Shown here in pieces: positions 24,170 through 36,237 of a DNA stretch of 64,000 nt. The notes below the pieces were generated by a model that searched no databases, had not been told where the DNA came from, and saw only the letters and a list, made by a program, of their open reading frames with translations. Both the position numbers and the translations under genes were made by a program. The DNA is from Narcine bancroftii (lineage: Eukaryota). The stretch's first letter is position 1, and each line of letters begins with the position of its first letter. The stretch spans positions 137,826,001 through 137,890,000 of the forward strand of contig NC_091475.1 of the NCBI RefSeq assembly GCF_036971445.1. Direction: 5' to 3'.

Positions 24170-26860
24170 CGAACTCCATGATGCAGATCGAAGTGAATGG
24201 GCATAAAACAAACTGTCTTTTTGATAGCGGCAGCACAGTAAGCTTCGTGCACCCCGACGTGGTCCAGAAACTCTCCCTTCCGGTTAGACCGATGACCTGA
24301 TGGTATAAATGGCAGCGAGTGATCAACAGATCAACAATACCCAGGGGTATTGTGTGGGGGGGAGTTATAATGACTTTGTATTGCTGATTATGCCTCGCCT
24401 CTGCGTGTCGATCCTCCTGGGCCTCGACTTTCAGAATCAGTTCAGGAGTGTGACGATGGCATTCAGAGGCCCCCAACCACTGCTGACCATTCACAACCCC
24501 CCAGCTTTTGGATGCCCATCAACAACCAAATACCCAGTCCCCGGCACTGTCCTATGGTCTCACCACCTTATGGGTGCCCCCGTCACTGCTCGCGGACCCC
24601 CGTCACTGCTCGCGGACCCCCGTCACTGCTCGCGGACCCCCGTCACTGCTCGCGGACCCCCGTCACTGCTCGCGGACCCCCATCACTGCTCGCGGACCCC
24701 CGTCACTGCTCGCGGACCCCCGTCACTGCTCGCAGACCCCGTCACTGCTCGCGGACCCCCGTCACTGCTCGCGGACCCCCATCACTGCTCGCGGACCCCC
24801 GTCACTGCTCGCGGACCCCCACCAAGTGTAGTCGCTATAGAACGGAGGACATGCAATTCATTCGGGCTGAGGTTCAGAGATTCCTGGCGGATGGGATCAT
24901 AGCCCCTAGCACCAGTCCCTGGAGAGCGCAGGTCCTCGTGGTCAGAGGGGCAGACAAGCCTCGGATGGTAATTGATTACAATTAGACCATCAAGCTCTTC
25001 ACTCAATTGTATGTGTACCCGCTATCCCATATAGCCGACTTGGTCAATAAGGTCACAAAGTGCAGAGTTTTTTCAACCATTGACCTCAAGTCAACTTACC
25101 ATCAACTTTCCCTCTGTCCGAGTGATTGAATCTACACTGGATTCAAGGATGACAGAAAACTCTTCCATTTCCTGTGGGTACCCTTTGGTGTTACTAATGG
25201 GATTTCTGTCTTTCAGAGAGTAATGGACCGGATGGTGGAGGAGCACAAGCTGACTGTGTCATTCCCTTACCTTGACAATGTCATCATCTGCAGCTATGAC
25301 CAGGACAACGACGCTAATCTCGCAAAGTTCTTGTGTACTGCCAAGTCCCTCAACTTGATGTACAACAAGGACAAGTACATGTTCAATACAGAGCGTCTGG
25401 CCCTTCTTGGATGTGTTGTGACACATGGTGTCATTGCCCCTGAACCTGACTGCATGCAACCACTCATGGAGCTCCCTGCCCCAAACACCCTGAAGGCACT
25501 AAAGAGATGCCTGAGGTTGTTTTCCTATTACGCACAATGGGTGCCGAACTACGCCGATAAGGCCCACCCCCTAATTTGATCAACTACCTTCGCATTATCG
25601 GCGGAAGCCCAGTCTGCTTTTAACCACATTAGAGGAGACATTACTAAGGCCACGATGCATGCCATTGATGAATCCGTCTCCTTTTAGGTGGAAAGCGATG
25701 CCTCAGATTTTGCACTGGCCGCCACACTAAACCAGACAGGCAGGTAGCATTTTTTCCCGCACCCTGCACGGTCCTGAACTCAGGCACCCCTTCATCGAGA
25801 AGGAGGCACTAACAATTATTGAGGCAGTGCACCACTGGCAAACTATCTGGCCAGTAAGAGGTTTACCGTTTCTGAGGTGGCCGATTGAAGTATCCACCTA
25901 CAACTATGACATCTTGTACTGGCTGGGTAAGCTCAATGATCCCCGGATGTCCTATCCCAAGGGACGTGCGTCAGAGCACATCTCGATCATCTCCAGACTT
26001 GCATGATAATCTGTGCCACCCGAGTTACGAGGTTGTACCATTTTGTTAAGACACGGAATCTCCCATACTCCGTCAAAGATGTCTGGTCCACAAACAGACA
26101 CTGCCAGATCTGCACTGAGTGTAAGCCTCAGTTCTACCGGTCAGAGAAGGCATACCTCATCAAGGCCACCCACCCTTTCGAACGACTCAGTGTCAGCTTT
26201 AAGGGCCCCCTCCCAAACACAAATAGGAACGCCTACTTCCTGACGATGGTGGACGAATTCTCCAGGTCCCCTTTGCAATTCCCTGCATGGACAGGACCTC
26301 AGCTATTGTTATTAAGGCTCTGCGCAGCATCTTTACCCTGTTCAGGTACCCCGACTATATTCATAGTGACTGGGGGACTTCGTTCATAATGAGGATCTGT
26401 GACAGTACTTCCTGGCCAAAGGCATAGCCACCAGCAGGACCACCAGCTATAATCCCAGAGGTAATGGCAAGGTGGAAAGGGAGAACTGCAATGTCTGGAA
26501 AGCAGTGTTCCTGGCCCTTGGGTCCGAAAATATACCAGTGTCCCATTGGCAGGATGTCTTGCCAGAGGCTCTCCACACCATCCGGTTGATACTGTGCACT
26601 GCCACTAACACCACCCTGCATGAACATCTCTTTGCTTTCCCTAGGAGATTGGTGAATGGTTTATCCATCCCTCCCTGGCTGACAACCCTAGGGCCAGTTC
26701 TGCTTCAGAAGCACATCAGGGGCCATAAGACAGACCTATTGATTGAAGCAGTGCACCTCATACATGCAAACCCTCAATACACATTTGTTAGGTACCCGGA
26801 TGGCCATGAGGACACTGTGCCAATACGAGATCTGGCAAGGGCTAGAGACCCTGAGACTGC
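24170..26860 (+). pseudogene. pol: pol of Gypsy C (PR, RT, RNase H, integrase)
   Basis: Protease CLFDSGSTVSF. RT SPWRAQVLVV, PRMVIDY, FPYLDNV (decayed YLDD). RNase H ESDASDFALAATL and EKEAL. Integrase HFVKTRNLPYS...CQICTECK, YFLTMVDEFSR, YNPRGNGKVER. Many stops and frameshifts. Confidence 0.92.
24577..24820. repeat. 20-bp minisatellite (CCCCCGTCACTGCTCGCGGA) x12 inside pol
   Basis: Twelve tandem units counted. G>A variant in units 6 and 11; unit 8 has GCAGA followed by a 1-bp-shorter C run. Confidence 0.97.
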
Positions 26861-27277
26861 CTTGCCGGCCACGCTGCAGATCCGATCGTGCTGCATCAGA
26901 GCATGACCCTGGAGTCCGAGCCGCCTGCCTTGCAGCCGGATGTCCAGACTTCTACCTCCCGTGAAGCAGCAGAGGACCCCCATCACCCCAGGAGTCCCGC
27001 GCCAGCATCCCGACCCTGACGGTTCCTGCAGCGGACTCTCCCCGTCTGCCCCCTCTCTGGAGGAGCGCCAGTCGGACATGCCAGTTCCCCAACGGTCCAG
27101 CAGGAGGATGTCACCTGTGCGGCTAAACTTCTAGCCAGTGGGGGCGTCCACTTCTCCTGCCCCCATTTGTGATAATTATTGATATTGCCACTGTTATTAT
27201 TATTGTTACTGTTATTAACCCCAGTTTGCTGTTGGTTTCCGGTGGGTTCCATTTTTTTTAAAAAAGATGGGGTGAAT

Positions 27278-27479
27278 GTGGTGATATGACTATGTGCACT
27301 GGCTGGCCCGCCCTCCGGGTGTCTTCCTGGTCCTGCCCAGGTGACCCCATGCCATAAAGATCGAGTCCCCTCTCCTTCGCACTCATTTTCCTAGCCTGGA
27401 GTCTCTTGAACAATAAAGCCTATCTTTCCCCTCAGCTTTTTGTCTGTGTCATTATTGGAGCTACAGATAGCGCCCAACA
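27278..27479 (+). repeat. 3' LTR of Gypsy C
   Basis: TGTGGTGATATG...CGCCCAACA, preceded by the PPT. Confidence 0.92.
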
Positions 27480-28184
27480 CACATACTCTAAATTGTGCTC
27501 TTTACGTGGCTCGGAATGTTAGAGATGACATGAATGTTCACTTGGAAAAACCCTTCTCACTGTACAAAGTACTTTGGGACAAAAACAAGTTAAAGATGCA
27601 TCTCCCAATCACTCAGTATTTCTCTGATTCAGCAGAAGCCACAAATTTGTAGACCAAATCTCTGACAGAATTCATCAATTTACCCTTAGATGACAGTGAG
27701 AAGGGGCTCTCTCCATCAAATCTTTCATGATTAGCCAAGGCCACAAATCTACTGCAGACTGATCTTAAGATAGTAGTGGTGCAAATAAGGTAATCACCCA
27801 TCTTCTTGTGGATTTGAAGGTCTGCAGAGGTGTCCTTGTCAAGTTTATTCAAAGCAACTGCAGAGGAGGATTTGTGATCAAGGGCATTTTCTGTGACAAA
27901 CATCACCTCAGTTTTTAAAAAAAAATTGGTCACCCAGAAACTTATTAATTTTCCTTTGCAATGGACAAGTGAATGCTGACAACTGACAAATTTCAAGGTG
28001 CAGGAATACTTACTGATGGATGCATTTAATCTCCATGAACCTGCCACAAAGGCTCCAATGTGGAAAGACCATACGCCAGGGATCTGCATCCACCAAAATT
28101 GGGCCTAAGTCTTGCTATGTCTCAAATGCTTCAAAGATGTGCTGTTTTAGGAAGAGGTGCAAGTATTATTGACATGTTTAAAAA

Positions 28185-30720
28185 TATATATATTTTTCAC
28201 ACTATAAACCATACTGACCAAAATACATAGACATTTTTCTCTTGAATATATAGAGTGTCATTTTCTCCCCTTTTCCCCTCCCTCCCTCCCTCCCTCCCTC
28301 CCTCACCCCCACTTCCCATTTATTCAAAGTTCAATCTATAAGATACATTAAACCCGTTAAACAATGTCGTCACTTAATAAAAATAAAACAAGAATTTTTT
28401 GTCTTTTATATACTGAGTCAGTTCATTTTGTTGTCTTCTCCTTCTGTCTTTTTAGGTGGTAGAAGTCTGCAGTAGGACTTCTCTATTGTGTTTCATGTAT
28501 GGTTCCCATATTTGTTCAAATATTGTGATGTTATTTCTTAAATTATATGTTATTTTTTTTAATGGAATACATTTATTTATTTCTATGTACCATTGTTGTA
28601 TTCTCAAGTTGTCTTCTAATTTCCAGGTTGACATAATATATTTGTTTGCTACAGTTAGGGCTATCATAATAAATCTTTTTTGTGCTCCATCCAAATAGAG
28701 TCCAAATTCTTTATTTCTTATATTACTTAGAAGGAAGATCTCTGGATTTTTGGTACATTGCATTTGGTGATTTTATTTTATATCTGGTTTAGATCTTCAC
28801 AAAATTTCACTTTCTCACATGCCCAAATTGCATGTATTGTTGTTCCCGTTTCCTTTCTACAGCGAAAACATCTGTCTGATACTGTTGGGTCCCATTTATT
28901 TAAATTTTGGGGTATGATGTATAGCCTGTGTAACCAATTATATTGTATCATGCGTAACCTCGTGTTTATTGTATTTCTCAAAGTTCCAGAGCATAGCTTT
29001 TCCCATGTTTCATTCTTTATCTTTATTTTTATTTTTCTTGTTCCCATTTTTGTTTAGGTTTACAGTTTGTTTCGTCATTCTCCTTTTTTTGCAGTTTGAT
29101 GTACATGTTTGTTATAAATTTTTAAATGATCATTGTGTCTGTAATCACATATTCAAAATTGCTTCCTTCTGGTAACCTCAGACTGGTTCCCAATTTGTCC
29201 TTCATGTAGGTTTTCAGTTGGTGGTATGCAACATTGTATCGTGAGTTAGATTATATTTGTCCTTCATTTGTTCAAAAGATAATTTATTTCCCAAAAAACA
29301 GTTTTCTATTTTTTTGATCCCTTTTCTCTCCCATTCTTTGAAGGAAAGGTTATCTATTGTGAAAGGGATTAGTTGATTTTGTGTCAATATTAATTTTGCT
29401 AGTTGATAATTTATTTTATTCCTTTCTTCATGCATCTTCTTCCAAAGGTTGAGCAGATGGTGCAATACTGGTGAATTCCTATGTTGCACCAATTATTCAT
29501 CCCACTTATAAAGTATATGTTCAGGTATCTTCTCCCCTATTTTATCTAGCTCTAATCTGGTCCAATCTGGTTTTTCCCTTGTTTGATAAAAATCTGATAG
29601 GTATCTTAATTGTGTTGCTCTATAATAATTCTTAAAGTTTGGTAGTTGTAAGCCTCCTTGTTTGTTCCACTTTGTTAATTTATCTAGTGCTAGCCTCGGT
29701 TTCCCCCCTTTCCATAAGAATTTCCTTATTAATTTCTTTAGCTCCTTGAAGAATTTCTCTTAAGTGAATTGGTAATGATTGAAATAGGTATTGAATACTT
29801 GGGAAGATGTTCATTTTAATACAGTTTATCTTTCCTATCAATGTTAGTGGTAAGTCTTTCCAGTGCTCTAAGCCGTCTTGTAATTTTTTTCATTAATGGC
29901 TGATAATTTAGTTTATAGATGGCCGAGATTATTATTTAGTTGTATACCTAGGTATCAAATTGCTTGTGTTTGCCATCTAAATGGTGATTCTTTCTTAAAC
30001 TTTGTGAAATCCGCATTATTTATTGGCATTGCTTCACTTGTATTTGCGTTGATCTTGTACCCCGATACTTCTCCATATTCCTTCAATTTCTTATGTAATT
30101 CTTTTATTGATATTTCTGGTTCTGTTAAGTATATTATAATGTCATCTGCAAATAGACTGATTTTATATTCCTTCTCTTTTATTTGTATCCCTCTTATTTT
30201 ATTTTCTGTTCTTATCAGTTCTGCTAGAGGTTCTATAGCTCTCGCGAACACTGAGGGAGATAGTGAACATCCCTGCCTTGTTGATCTGCCTAATTTAAAT
30301 TGGTTCGATATATATTCATTTACTGTCACCTTTGCCAATGGTCCCTTATATAATGCTTTACTCCAATTAATATATTTCACTGGTAGGTTGAATTTTTGTA
30401 GTACTTTGAATAAATAATTCTATTCTACTCTGTCAAAGGCTTTCTCTGCATCTAAAGCAACCACTACTGTTGGAGTTTTGATTAAGTTAATGAATTTACA
30501 GATACTGTCCATCTTTTTTTAATAAATCCAGTTTGGTCTAGTTTTACTATTTTTGGTACACAGTCGGCCAATCTCTTTGCTAATAGTTTAGCTATTATCT
30601 TATAATCTGTGTTAAGTAGAGATATTGGTCTATACGATGCTGGTGTTAGTGGATCTTTCCACGTCTTTGGTATTACTGTAAATATTGCTGTTTTGCATGA
30701 ATCTGGTATGTTTTGTGTTT
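28185..30720 (-). mobile_element. L1-clade LINE, 5'-truncated (RT, C-terminal CCHC, 3' UTR)
   Basis: [13 protein letters not shown]; RSTRQGCSLSP...IEPLA...ISLFADDII...GYKIN (ORF 29955..30380); CFRCRKETGTTIHAIWAC (28778..29047); KITY...FEQIWEP; G-rich 3' UTR near 28270-28310. Confidence 0.92.
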
Positions 30721-30734
30721 CAGGAAGCAGTAGA

Positions 30735-30935
30735 GACTACTCCCAGAAAGTAGCAAACCTGTGGATTGCTCTGCCAAAGGAAGCAGTAGAGACTGCCTCA
30801 TTAGATATATTTAAGACCAAGTTGGATAGAATTTTGCATCATTGAGGATTTATGGGTTATAGGGAAAAGGCAGGAAGGTGGATCAGCCATGATCTTAATT
30901 GGTGGAGGAGGCCATCTGTCCCCTCCCAATTCCTG
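30735..30935 (+). mobile_element. CR1 LINE 3' end fragment
   Basis: SQKVANLWIALPKEAVETASLDIFKTKLDRIL (end of CR1 ORF2), followed by a CR1-type 3' UTR. Confidence 0.8.
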
Positions 30936-31234
30936 TGCACTTGCAACTGATTAGCATAATCTGATTTTCGCACTGAAATTCCATTGGCATGATCCATCCT
31001 GTTGTCTCCTATGTTTCTCCAAAAGAAAGGGAGTGCTGATGACCAGCCAGGAGTTTCCCTGTGTCCTCTGAAGGTGGTGGAGCAACATATGCTGTAGTAA
31101 AGGCTGACAGGAAAGTGATTATAGTTTCCTGGAGACATTGCAGTTTCTGGAGTTCCTCTATTGGACCTCTGGTATTGTATATGCAAATCTGTACTGATTT
31201 TCTGCTTCCAGCAATATTGTGAAAACAGCCAGGG

Positions 31235-31480
31235 GACCACGTTCAAGAACAGTTTATTCCCAACAGCCATCAGGCTCTTAAACCTTGCTAATCATGGACT
31301 GCTCCAACTCCACAAAATTATTGATTGTACCGTTGTCATCACTTTTTGTTCTGGGATAGACATGACTATTGTCTAATTTGTTTGTTTTGTTGGGTGTTTT
31401 TTATAAAAATCAATTATCTGTTCAGCTGCAGCAAACAAAAATTTGGTGCACATGTGCATTGTGTACACGATAAACCTTAT
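31235..31480 (+). mobile_element. Rex1-type LINE 3' end
   Basis: TTFKNSLFPTAIRLLN, the Rex1 ORF C-terminus (ORF 31161..31376). Confidence 0.7.
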
Positions 31481-32097
31481 GCTTCAGCAAACATACTGCA
31501 ACATTCACTGAAACTATGGAGCATTTGTAAATGAAAAAATTGCTTCCAATCAACACTTGGGCACCAACTCTGAAAGTATCTGGTTGGCCACCTCCAACCA
31601 AGTTTAGTTATGGCATACATTTAATACCTGTTCTCATCAGTGCATTAATTGGAAAGGTGTTCATTTAAAATGTTTTTTTTTAAACTGGATTGAAGATGCA
31701 AGCAAACTATTGCTGCTGTTTCATCTGGGATGTTGCAACGACAATTTGATTTCTTTATAATAAATGGTCTGCCTGTAATTTAACCTAATAATCAAACTGG
31801 CTTCTGTGGTATGCTCTGCACAAGAAAGCAATCTTTTACAATTTACAATCTCTCCTTGTGGTATTTAAAATGGTTATGAACACTGAATAAAGCATTTTAA
31901 TAGAGAAAAATCCAAGCTCAAGTTCTGAGGATTTTGCTTTCTAGAAATAGTCACAGCTGGCCAAGAAATAACAATTTACTCAATGTGGGGAAATTTGTCA
32001 GGGCAAATCAAGCTCAGATAATTTTCCCCTATTGTCACCTTTAATGTTTCCCTGCAGTGATGAAAGGTGTTAATTAAAGTGAGCAGTATTTACTCAC

Positions 32098-32219
32098 CCT
32101 GATCATTCATGGTCAACCACTTTTTGTTTTGACCCTTTATCGCAGATCCAAGCTTGTCAAGAATGGACAGAAGGAACCGAGTTCCAGAGATAACAGGTCC
32201 ATCAATCCATGTGTCACTT
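32098..32219 (-). other. Candidate spliced exon (122 nt), identity unknown
   Basis: On the - strand: ...aaacattccattcag|AAGTGAC...ATGATCAGG|gtgagt. One frame is open: SDTWIDGPVISGTRFLLSILDKLGSAIKGQNKKWLTMNDQ. No homology recognised. Confidence 0.3.
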
Positions 32220-32299
32220 CTGAATGGAATGTTTAAATCAAACTAAAACTAGGCTGGCTTTGCAAATGATAGATATCACTCTTCCCTTCCTATCTAGGT

Positions 32300-32615
32300 G
32301 CCTGCCACAAAGCCTCTCAAATGTTACTATTGCATCTGCTTCCAAGACTATTCCTGGAAGCCTGCTACCAGAACACTGGTAGCCTGTTTCAGAAAATTGT
32401 TCACCACACCTCTTAAAGGAAACCTCTCTTTATGCCCATGTCCTCCCGTGTGACATTTTCCTGGGGAAATTATTGTGGGTGTCCACCCTATCAATGCCTC
32501 ATGATTTTATAAACATCAAGTCTCCACTCAGCCTCCTATGCGCTAGAGAAAGCAACTGGAATTTGTCCAACCTGTTCTCATAAGTAATTCCCTCTAAAAT
32601 GGTTAACATCCTTGT
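32300..32615 (-). mobile_element. CR1 LINE 3' fragment
   Basis: Reverse complement matches the CR1 3' region at 12220-12430 (tttataaaatcatgaggcattgat...). Confidence 0.7.
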
Positions 32616-35223
32616 AGTGGCATATCTAGGTCGTGGCACCCTAGGACTGTCACTGACATTGCATGCCTCTCCACCCACCCCGGTTTAAAGACCAGCACAT
32701 CAACCATTCTGCTGTTGCCTGACACATCCCCATAAATTACACATGTTTGTGTCAATGTATTAGAAGTCTGCATTTCTTACCTGCTATTCTGGCCCAGAAT
32801 GTGCATTCCCCAGCTTTTGTGCCCCTGGCCTCCTGCTGACAACTTCAAGTTGGTTTTGGTTGACATCGACTCACTCACATGCCAGTCCAGCACCTCCCAC
32901 CCACCCCATTCCATTACTTGCTTTAAATGCTTACTAATTGGGTGATGAGAATGAGCAGGAGGAACACTTTGTAGACCTCTCCTCAGACTTGCACAGGAAC
33001 ACAATCATTATGAGCCATACAGAGCAGAAATTCCATGATGGAACCAGTGTCAGTGCCGAAGGGGTGCTCTGGTGAGCTCCTCTGGCAGTACTGTCTTGAG
33101 ATGAACATTTAGTACAGTAATTAAAAAAATACATGCACACAAACACTAATTAGGTACCCAGTACAACAATCAAGGAACAAAAATACAATACCCACCAGTC
33201 CTACTCCCAAGTCACCCCTTGACTGACTCAGTCAGGCATACATACACACTGCTATCCTTTATTCACTTACCAGCAACTTATTAGGCCAAACTAGGGGTAC
33301 TAATTAAATAATCAAGACTCAGTCTTTTAACAGTAGAGAACAGTACACATCTTAGCCAAAAGGCAAGAACTTACCATTACCAACAATTGCTCCAGAGGTT
33401 GCTCTAGGTCTAGAGTGATCAGAGTGAAGCAGAATGGCAAAGACGCAATTTGACTCAACAACAGCATGGTCCCAAGACAGAGACCCAATAATGGGAAAGA
33501 GGGCTATTGGAGCATGTGGCACCCATTACAGTGCTGGGGGGCTCGCATCAGGTAGTTTACAGGAGGCCAATGGCTCAACACCAAGTCAGCCAAACCCAAG
33601 TGGGCTGGCTGGGAGAACCCATGTTCCAAGCCCAGGTAATTTACAGGGATCAATCTTTGGCTTAGTGCCACCAAAGGCATGCCAATTACAATGGCTAATA
33701 GGCCAAGGACAAAGGGATTTAAATTAGCCAATGCAAGGTGTGCACTTTATGGGTGTTAGCAGGGTGAAAACTTGATTGGCACTTGTCACTCATTACATTA
33801 CATACAATATAGAGTGGTGAAACAGTAATTCAGTCAAATAAATCTTCAGATCAGATATCCCTTTTCATTCACACTCACAAGCTATCACCAACATACTTCT
33901 AATTCAAATGTATCAAAAACTCAGATCATACTCCGTTTGTCTGGTGCTGGCAGGAGCAAAGTGATGCCACTTGCTTGCTGTGTTGCTGCCTTCACCTGGA
34001 ACTGCCCTGCTGTCCTGAAGGGCTGTAGCCCCAATAAGTGGCCTAATGAAATGTCGCCCACAAGTGTAAGTGGGATTGGGCTAGGCTGACTGATATTGGG
34101 TGGATAAAGCGAGGACAGTGGTGCCCCTTGATATTTGAACCCTGTTCTCTGCCCCACCTGCCATATCCTAATATGCCTATGCATCCTGGTACACTTCATT
34201 AGAGATTGCCTTTAGGACCTTGCTCCAATACGACAGGATCTTTTTCTGCACAAAGGAAAACAATTCCAGATCAAAACCAAATTCACTGCCATTATATTGT
34301 TGAAATCCAAATGAATTAATTCTCCATTACTACACTCCAACCAGAATCCAGCTGAGAAACCATTGTCAGATTGGCAAAGTCTGAGATTTCTATAATTCCT
34401 GGGAGTTTCTAGCTTACCAATCCTTACTTGGACAAATAAGAACACTGCACAAAGTGAGGGGAAATATAGGCCCATGCACAATAATGCTTGTAACATTCTT
34501 ACATTTATTGTTTATTTGAGTACTTTCCAACTGAAAGTATCATTCCATCAATTTATGAATTACAGAGGATGTGCTCGAGCACCCTATTAGGTGCAAGTAT
34601 CAATATTCAATTAAATATTGTACCTCCCTCAATGACACTCAAATAATCTTGGCAGCAGGTCATTAAAAATTGAACAATGAAGGATGCTGAAATAGAGCAA
34701 CCCATTCATTAAAACTTTTGCCGTTACACATGAGGGATGGTTTTCTGAGACCCTTTAGGTTGGCAATGCCTACCAGTGGCTGAAGTCCAAACAATACAAT
34801 GAAGCTCTACTTAACTAGATTGTTTGGATTCCAGACAGCTGCCAGACCCTTCTCATGCATATTGCTAGAGAACACTGGATTCACTCCAGCACTGTGCTTT
34901 CTTAAGACTTGTGATTATGAACTCATTAGATGGGCCATAGAACTTCATCTCCACTGTTAATTGTTCAAATATAAACATACTTAAAAACTCCTCCAAGGCT
35001 TCAAAATTGTAACAACTACTTAACTAAGTTGTAGAAGTTGCTGCCAAATATTGTTGGTTTAATAACTTTCTAGATGGCAAACAGCACAAGGTATTTTGGA
35101 ACAAGGTTCACTTTCTTTTTCCAGAGGTATTGACTATATGTTTTGTGTATCCAATTCCAATTACTTCAGGATAAATGTTATTTTTTTCCTGCTTTCACTG
35201 AAATGTCATGGAAGAGCATTGTT

Positions 35224-35593
35224 ATTAGAAAAAAATAACATATAGTTTAAGAAATAATATTGAAATATTCGAACAAGTATGAGAGCCTTACATTAAATAC
35301 AATAGCAAAAACCTACCGGGAACAAACATTACCTAAGTTGATGGAAGGAGAAGAAAAGAAAAGAATGGACTCAGTAGAATTTCTGGTGTATTTTTGTTGA
35401 ATGACAACATTGTCTGACTGGCTAAAAGCAACCTAGATTGTATACCTAAAATGGATGAGAGGGGGGTGGGGGGGTGGCTTGGGAGGAGGGAGGGGGGTGG
35501 GAGAAAAAGACACTGTATATGTGTGAAAAAGAAAAAGTGTATATCATGGCTAACGTGATTTATGGTGTGAAAAATAAAAAATTTAAAAAAAAA
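35224..35593 (+). mobile_element. Short 5'-truncated L1-clade insertion with A tail and 13-bp TSD
   Basis: LEKITYSLRNNIEIFEQV*EPY (closely related to the 28452..28763 ORF). AATAAA and A tail. TSD GAAGAGCATTGTT at 35211-35223 and 35594-35606. Confidence 0.9.
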
Positions 35594-35920
35594 GAAGAGC
35601 ATTGTTTTTAAGAACAAAATAATTCTGAAAATCACCTTTTTTAAAAAATACAAGTCTCTTTAGTTGTGTACAATTAAGACCATGACCTTCACATTTTGCT
35701 TCATTTTTTTGTCTCTTCATCTTGAGGTTCCTAATATTGTCATGTAATGCACAAAGATGTAATAGACTTGTACTTCAACTTTTGTCTGCCATTAAGGCAA
35801 ACAGTCACCATGAGCATTGCCTGGCACCCCCAACCAATAACAGAAAGAAGAAAAAGAGATTCCTTTCAGACGTTGTGTGTATTTGCCTCAAGTTCTCCCA
35901 CATATTCTGCAGATATAGAC

Positions 35921-36148
35921 TGTGATAGTACAGGATGCTATCACCAATGTATATATTTGTATATATTTACATATAGTAATAGTGATTGGCTGAGAGCAGT
36001 AGCCACGCCTACTGGAAGGTCATAAAAGGCTGCTCCTAACCAGACCCAGGTCAGTCTCGACAGGTCAACCTCGGTGTACTATGCTCCAGTTTTTGTTAAT
36101 AAAACCCTTGGTTAGAGTCAACAAGTCTGAGTCATTCGATGCGCTACA
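35921..36148 (+). repeat. Solo LTR with Gypsy-type architecture like elements A-C
   Basis: TGTGAT...GCGCTACA. TATA-like CATAAAA at ~36022 and AATAAA at 36098-36103, 45 nt from the end. Its 3' end resembles the element B LTR end (ttcatgctata). Flanks TAGAC / CAGAG match only 3/5. Confidence 0.7.
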
Positions 36149-36237
36149 CAGAGCTATGTTCAAACCAATAGAAATCCAAGTTCTAGATCCAAATCTCCAA
36201 TACAATCAAGAAGCTTTCAGTGCCAGAGTCTCTTTGA

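Larger units (their letters stand above)
22838..27479 (+). mobile_element. Gypsy/Ty3 LTR retrotransposon C, full structure but defective
   Basis: LTRs 22838-23059 and 27278-27479 (TGTGGTG...CCAACA). Degenerate TSD CACTT / CACAT. PPT aaaaaaagatggggtgaa at 27260-27277. gag-PR-RT-RH-INT all recognisable. Confidence 0.95.

Noticed and set aside
24309-24985. Three overlapping ORFs with repeated PPSLLADPRHCSRTPVTARG
   Set aside because: These are translations of the stop-free 20-bp minisatellite inside a dead pol.
8257-26860. Domesticated or intact gag/pol genes
   Set aside because: All three Gypsy copies carry multiple stops and frameshifts, and A and B lack whole domains.
26983-27252. Asn-rich ORF on the - strand
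   Set aside because: It is the antisense reading of a TTA/TTG low-complexity patch in the 3' UTR of Gypsy C.
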